From NCBI RefSeq assembly GCF_009914755.1, contig NC_060947.1: a DNA stretch of 64,000 nt. One strand, 5' to 3'. The first letter of the stretch is position 1. The number at the start of each line of letters is the position of its first letter. Below the pieces are notes generated by a model, which searched no databases, was not told the origin of the DNA, and was given only the letters and a program-made list of their open reading frames with translations. Below, one piece after another: positions 55,777 through 64,000 of this stretch. A program made the position numbers and the translations under genes. Source of the stretch: the human T2T-CHM13v2.0 reference genome, Homo sapiens.

Positions 55777-56776
55777 GTATTAGTTTCCTGTAGCTGCTAT
55801 AACATATTATCATAGATTTCATGGCTTAAAACATAAACTTATTTAGCATATGAGCCTGGGTATGCTGGCTCATGCCTGTAATCCCAACGCTTTGGGAGGC
55901 TGCAGTGGGAGGATCCCTTGAGGCCAGGAGTTTGAGACCAGCATGGGCAACAAAAAGAGATCCTGCCTCTACAAAAGATATAAAATTTGCTGGGTGTGGT
56001 GGACATGCCTGTAGTCCCAGCCTCTTGGGAGGCTGAGGCGGGAGGATGGTTTGAAATCCAAGAATTTGAGGCTGCAGTGAGCCATGATGGAATGATTGTA
56101 CTCCAGCCTGGGTTAGAGTGGGACACTATTACTAAGTGCGGGGGGAAAGGTATCAGTGGCACCGCATTCACTTCTGGAGGCTCTTGGGGAGAAATTGTTT
56201 CCAGCCCAGCCCACATTCCTTGGCTCCTGGCCCCCTCCTCCATCTTCAAAGCTAGTAATTGTGAGTCTAGATTTTTCACATCTCATCATTCTGACCTAGC
56301 CACCTATTCTTCTTCCTTTCTCTTTTACTTTTAAGGACCCTTGTGCTTACATTAGGCCCACCTAGAGAATCTCTCTTTCTCTCTCTTTTTGACAGATGAG
56401 GTCTCATCTCTCACTCTCCATTCTCTCTCTCTCTCGTTTTTGTTTGTTTGTTTTGCTTTGTTTGTTTTTTACAGATAAAGTCTCATTGTGTCACCCAGGC
56501 TAGAGTGCAGTGGCGTGACCAAAGCTCACTGCAGCCTTGAACTCCTGGGCATAAGCCATCCTCCTGATGCTCCCGCCTCAATCTCCCAAGTAGCTGGGAT
56601 TACAGGTACACACCATTGCGTCTGGCTCTCCCTATTTTGAGGACATCAGATTAACAATCTTAATTCTATATTCTACCTTAATTCTCCTTTGCTACGTAAC
56701 ATAACACATTCACAGGTTCCAGGGATTAGGACACAGACGTCCTTGGGAGACTGGGGTTATTATTCCACTTACCACA
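55777..56776 (-). mobile_element. MLT1 (A-C-like) LTR split by Alus (55855-56130 plus; 56436-56626 minus)
   Basis: gtattagtttcctgtagctgctataaca start; cattccttggctcctggcccc; cacaggttccagggattaggac; taccaca end. Confidence 0.8.
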
Positions 56777-57475
56777 GCTGCTGAATGTTGCAGAGAATTG
56801 GCCCTTGTTACCAAAGGGAGAAAAGATTGTGGGCAATTGTGAGACTCCAGCAATACTGACAGAATATTTAGGTTTTAGGTATTATTTGTAAAATAGCTTG
56901 TTATTTATCTACTCTTGAATGGGAAGATAGCATATTTGTAAATACGGCAATTTGTGCCAAACAATTTTCTAATTTTAATACAACTTTAATTAAAATGGAA
57001 AAATAAGCAAGAAAACAAAATAATAATTTAAAGAGTAATAAGTACAGATTCATCTCACCACATATTAGAACAAGATACAAAGCAGTAATGCTTAAAACTG
57101 TGATACTGCCTCGAAAGTGAAGTATTTATCAATAGAATGAAGGCAAGAGGTTGGAAATAACTTTAAGCACATATGACATTAACAGATGTCAAACATGCAC
57201 CATAACACAATGAGTGAAGTATTTAATATTAAGTGAGCACTTGAGAACAACTGAATAGTAATGTGGAAAAATAAATTTAGAACTACCTATTTCCTACTAT
57301 AGGGCACAATAGATCTCAGTTGGGATTTTAACTGAGTTAAAAATCAAGTAAAATTAAATCTAAAGAATAGAATAGATAGCTCTTCATAAACTCAATTATT
57401 TGAGGAAGTATAAATCCAGCTGTGAGAGAAGGATAATTTTTAAAGGATTAAAGCAATAAAAAAAACCCAGAAAGC

Positions 57476-58130
57476 GGCTGGGTGCCGTGGCTCACGGCTG
57501 TAATCCCAGCATTTTGGGAGGCCGAGTCAGGCAGATCACTTGAGGTCAGGAGTTCGAGACCAGTCTGGCCAACATAGTGAAACCTGCCTCTACTAAAAAT
57601 ACAAAAAATTAGCCAAGCATGGTGGCACGCCTGTAAAAACAAACACAAACAAACAAAGAAAACGAAACAAAACAAAACTCAGAAAGGAAAATGTGGACCA
57701 CAAAGCGAAGAAAAAAATTCTATCCCACAATAGAATGTGGGGAATAGTGTGATAAGTGACAGATAAGTATTAGTTATTTTAAACATGTTTAAAAACTTGG
57801 CCTGGCCCGGTGGCTCATGCCTGTAATCCCAGCACTTTGAGAGGCCCAGGCGGGTGGATCACTTGAGGACAGGAGTTAGAGACCAGCCTGGCCAACATGG
57901 TGAAACCCCATCTCTACCAAAAAGATTTTAAAAATTAGCTGGGCGTGGTGGTGGGTGCCTGTAATCTCAGCTACTCAGGAGGCTGAGGCAGGAGAATCGC
58001 TTGAGCCTGGGAGGCAGAGGTTGCACTGAACCAAGATCGCTCCACCACACTCCAACCTGAGCGACAGAGTGAGACTCCATCTAAAAAAAAAAAAAAAAAC
58101 CCAAACAAACAAACAAACAAAAACAAAAAA
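57476..58130 (+). mobile_element. 3'-deleted Alu (57476-57676) and full Alu (57799-58130)
   Basis: First stops at gcctgta then A-rich tail, TSD aaaac(c/t)cagaaag. Confidence 0.88.
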
Positions 58131-58320
58131 TGTACTGAACTCTGAAAGGATACCACAAAATCCTTGAAGGTAAAATGTTTTAAAAGTAAAAGAATGACAA
58201 TTTGCAGAAAAAAAGGTACAAAAATTAAATACTTGAAAAATATGTAAACCTTATTATGCGACAAGGAAATACAAACACAAAAAAGTACTGTTTTTATACC
58301 TATTTAATCAACAAAAAACA

Positions 58321-58753
<433 letters not shown>

Positions 58754-58996
58754 TTGATAAAATCCAATGTTCATGAGGCTGTGGGGAAATATGTATGTTG
58801 GAAGTGAAAATCATAACAACAGTAACCAACACTGTGTCCACCTTCTTCATAACATTTCTGTGCAAGGGAACTATTATTTCTCCCATTTTATAAATGAGGT
58901 AACTGCGACTCAGACAGGTGATGTAACTAGTCCACCATCACGTGGCTAGTATGAGCAGAACCAGTCTAAAAAAACTTTGTTGAAGTCCAAACCCTG

Positions 58997-59867
<871 letters not shown>

Positions 59868-61054
59868 GGCAAAAATGGACATCCTATATGTAAAAACAAT
59901 TAGTCACAGGGTGAGAGATCCAAGAGCTAAATTTAGGCAGAGAGGTTATGAGACTTGGGATGGGGGTTGGGGGAACTGTCTAATAACATTTTGAGGGGTG
60001 ACCCCTACCACTTGACATTTTTGATGCCAGGGTATACACTTTCACCTCAATTGCCTATAAAAACAAACTTTGCAACAATGGGTGATCTATGCGACCTGCA
60101 TTTGGTGGGTAAGTCCTTTAGTTCGTCAGAGAATACCCTCTCTCCCCGTCCCACGAGCAGTAAGATGCTCCTCTTGCCGGGTTTCCCTAGAGCAGCCTGT
60201 TTTTTGAATGGGAAGTAAGGGGAGGCCAGAGTCCACTGGCCGACAGGCTCAGGTGACCAGTGGAGTCGGGCTTTCGGAGGGCACCTCCTATGGAATTTCA
60301 GCCCAGCCCAGAGGAAGGAATTATTTTCATTTACAGTGACTACACTGATCCCTTCTCTGGAATTAATTTGTGTTATGAGCTACCAGGGCATTCGACTTCC
60401 ATTAACTGCCCCTCTTGACAATCTGAGACCCTCCAAAGAGCAGGTGATGGCTGTCATTCAGTGCACCTTGGAAGGGTTCTGAGGATGGTATTGAGCAGGG
60501 GGAGTGGTGGGGAGAGCCCTTTCATAGGTAGTCCATTTGAATTTGTAGACCCTTTCCAATTATGCCACTAATTGTTTAAAAGGATTGCAAGACTAAAAAA
60601 AAGTTTTAAATCACTAATCTGTTATTGAAAGGTCTTTTAAAAGTTAATTTTCTTCCTGAATACTTCTTAGTCAATACAGACTTGCAGGCCAAGATACCCT
60701 GCTGGGGTGCTGGCTAACACCTGGCTCAGCAGGCTTTCTTCTCTGATAATGAATTCTTCTTGCTTTTTGTAGGAAGGAGTTTGATGATATTAGGCCACTA
60801 GATTTAGGAAATATTTCCAGAAGTCCTGTGTTAGCCAATTGGAATTTCTCATTGGAAAAACTCTGCCATCAACAGACAATTTTTTCTCATATGACCTCAT
60901 CTGGGGGCAGCTTGACAGCTATATCTGCCAACAGGTGGAAATGATGTGGCTGGAGCTTGTTGAGGGCATTCTAATGACCAAAAGAAGGGCAGAAGGAAAT
61001 GAACTGATGTGATCATTCCAGGATATTTTCAAGTTAAAGATCTGTTGTGTGCAT

Positions 61055-61136
61055 GGCACACTTTTACCTATGTAACAAACCTGCACTTCCTACACATTTA
61101 TCTTGGAACTTAAAATAAAATAAAATAAAATTTAAA
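61055..61136 (+). mobile_element. ~80-bp L1PA 3' terminal insertion
   Basis: acctatgtaacaaacctgcac...gaacttaaaataaaa; TSD aaagatctg(t/g)tgtgtgcat at 61036-61054 and 61137-61155. Confidence 0.85.
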
Positions 61137-61659
61137 AAAGATCTGGTGTGTGCATATGTGTGTGTGCACATATGCATGTGTATGTGTGGAAAAGGAAGAG
61201 GGAGTGGGAACAGCCCCAAATGCAGAGCTCGCCATGAGACTTGGGAGGAGCAACTGAGTGCTCTGCTGCATACTGGGTCCCCAGAGGAAGAGGTTGTGGG
61301 TTGACCATCCTAGAGGTCAATGCTTAGTGTGGGGAAGCTCATCTTCACTATCCAAAAAGGGGTGGAAATTGACGTAGTTCCAAAATTTGGCCAACAAACT
61401 GGATTTGAAAACACAGCCAAATGGACAGTGGTGTCACAGATTCCAAATAAAATTTAACAACTATAGATTCACATCTACTGGGTGAAAGGGGAGAAAATGG
61501 AAAAAAGTGAATTCAGACATAAGTAAGATACAGCCCTCTGGTCCTGCATTGCTTAATTCCAGTTTGTGATGTTTATAATTTGCAGCATTTAAGGTACAAA
61601 ACTTTTGTTGTGGATATATTCAGAGATAAATGTGCTGCTTATTTGCTATTTCTTTTTTA

Positions 61660-63043
<1,384 letters not shown>

Positions 63044-63524
63044 CACCAAAAGAGACACCCTTTGATTCAAACAAGCAGAGTTGGCCATATTCATGACTCG
63101 TTTTACCTTTCTTTTGAAAATATGAAGCTTCCAGATTCCAATGATATGGTTTGTTCACAGTCTGTCCTCCATTCACCTAGAAAAGGGGAGATTGCTTTCT
63201 CTTTTAAAAAGGAAAGCTTAAAACAGAGAAAAGGTTCAGGTAGAGGAACAAATGAGATCAAAATTCCCAATTTGATACTCAATGATTTTAAATGCTGAGT
63301 TTTTATCCAGAAATATTGCATGATGATATATTAAAATAAATCCTTAATAGAACAGAATGCTCAAGAAATGGGGATTATTCTTTTTAATGGCACTTTCTGA
63401 TGAACTGAAAATTAACAAGAAACCCATGTTTTGTCTATTTCTATCCTTTACGTTGAAAAAATTGTGAAAATATGCATTAGTCCATTTTCCTCTCAAATTT
63501 GAAGAGTCTAGCAAACAAAATTAA

Positions 63525-63712
63525 ACCTTTGATTCAAAGTCTTTGGCTTGAATTCTATCATAGGCACTTATCAGCTGTGTGATTTCAGGTAGGTTATTTA
63601 ATCTCTTTTGTCTTAATTTCCTCATCTGCAAAATAGCGATAGTTATTAATTCATGCATAATGCATAGCATGGTATTTGGCATATTGTAAGCCCTTAGCAA
63701 ATTTTAGCTCTT
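63525..63712 (+). mobile_element. MIR
   Basis: cacttatcagctgtgtgatttcagg...tttcctcatctgcaaaat. Confidence 0.75.
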
Positions 63713-64000
63713 ACCATTATCACTATTTATTATTGTTAAATGTACAGCACCATCGTAGGTGCAATGGGGGAATAAGAAAAGTAGGAGAACCAGATGGAAA
63801 TTCCAGGTGCTTACTGCGCAGGTAAGGTATACAAGAATTACATCCACAAAACAGTTTGGTTTTAGCGGGATGCTGTAAGTTATGAAGGTTCCTGTCAAAT
63901 GAGTGATGCACACTTCAGGCCCACAGGGGTTCAGGGAGGGGAGAAAAGAGCTGGGAAGGTAAGGTTGAGAAAGGGAAGGAAGAGGAAGGAGGAGAGTTGA

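Noticed and set aside
60090-60300. Local CpG cluster as a possible promoter
   Set aside because: Only a handful of CpGs over ~200 bp; not a CpG island, no other promoter evidence.

Overview
Human (or near-human primate) genomic DNA, not prokaryotic. Bases 1 to ~17.1 kb hold the 3' half of FAM199X (Xq22, + strand): four phase-0 coding exons (7260-7409, 7654-7815, 9234-9500, 10803-10973; 249 codons) and a ~6.1 kb Alu-free 3' UTR ending at AATAAA 17072. The remaining ~47 kb is repeat-dense intergenic DNA: over 50 Alu pieces window-wide, old L1/L2/MIR, hAT-Charlie elements, MaLR/ERV LTRs and microsatellites. From recall, ESX1 is the next gene downstream, but it is not in the window. Nearly all ORF-track entries are repeat artefacts. 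Most interesting: (1) the spliced FAM199X protein looks like an ET (BET/Taf14-type extra-terminal) domain protein with a CRTC-like AMPK/SIK/14-3-3 motif next to a basic tract; (2) a perfect 28-bp inverted repeat just past the poly(A) site; (3) several template-switch scars, including a ~94-bp insertion copied from 1.35 kb away; (4) an intact THE1 LTR with a DUX4 site and octamer-bearing LTRs. Repeat subfamily names and boundaries are by eye and approximate.
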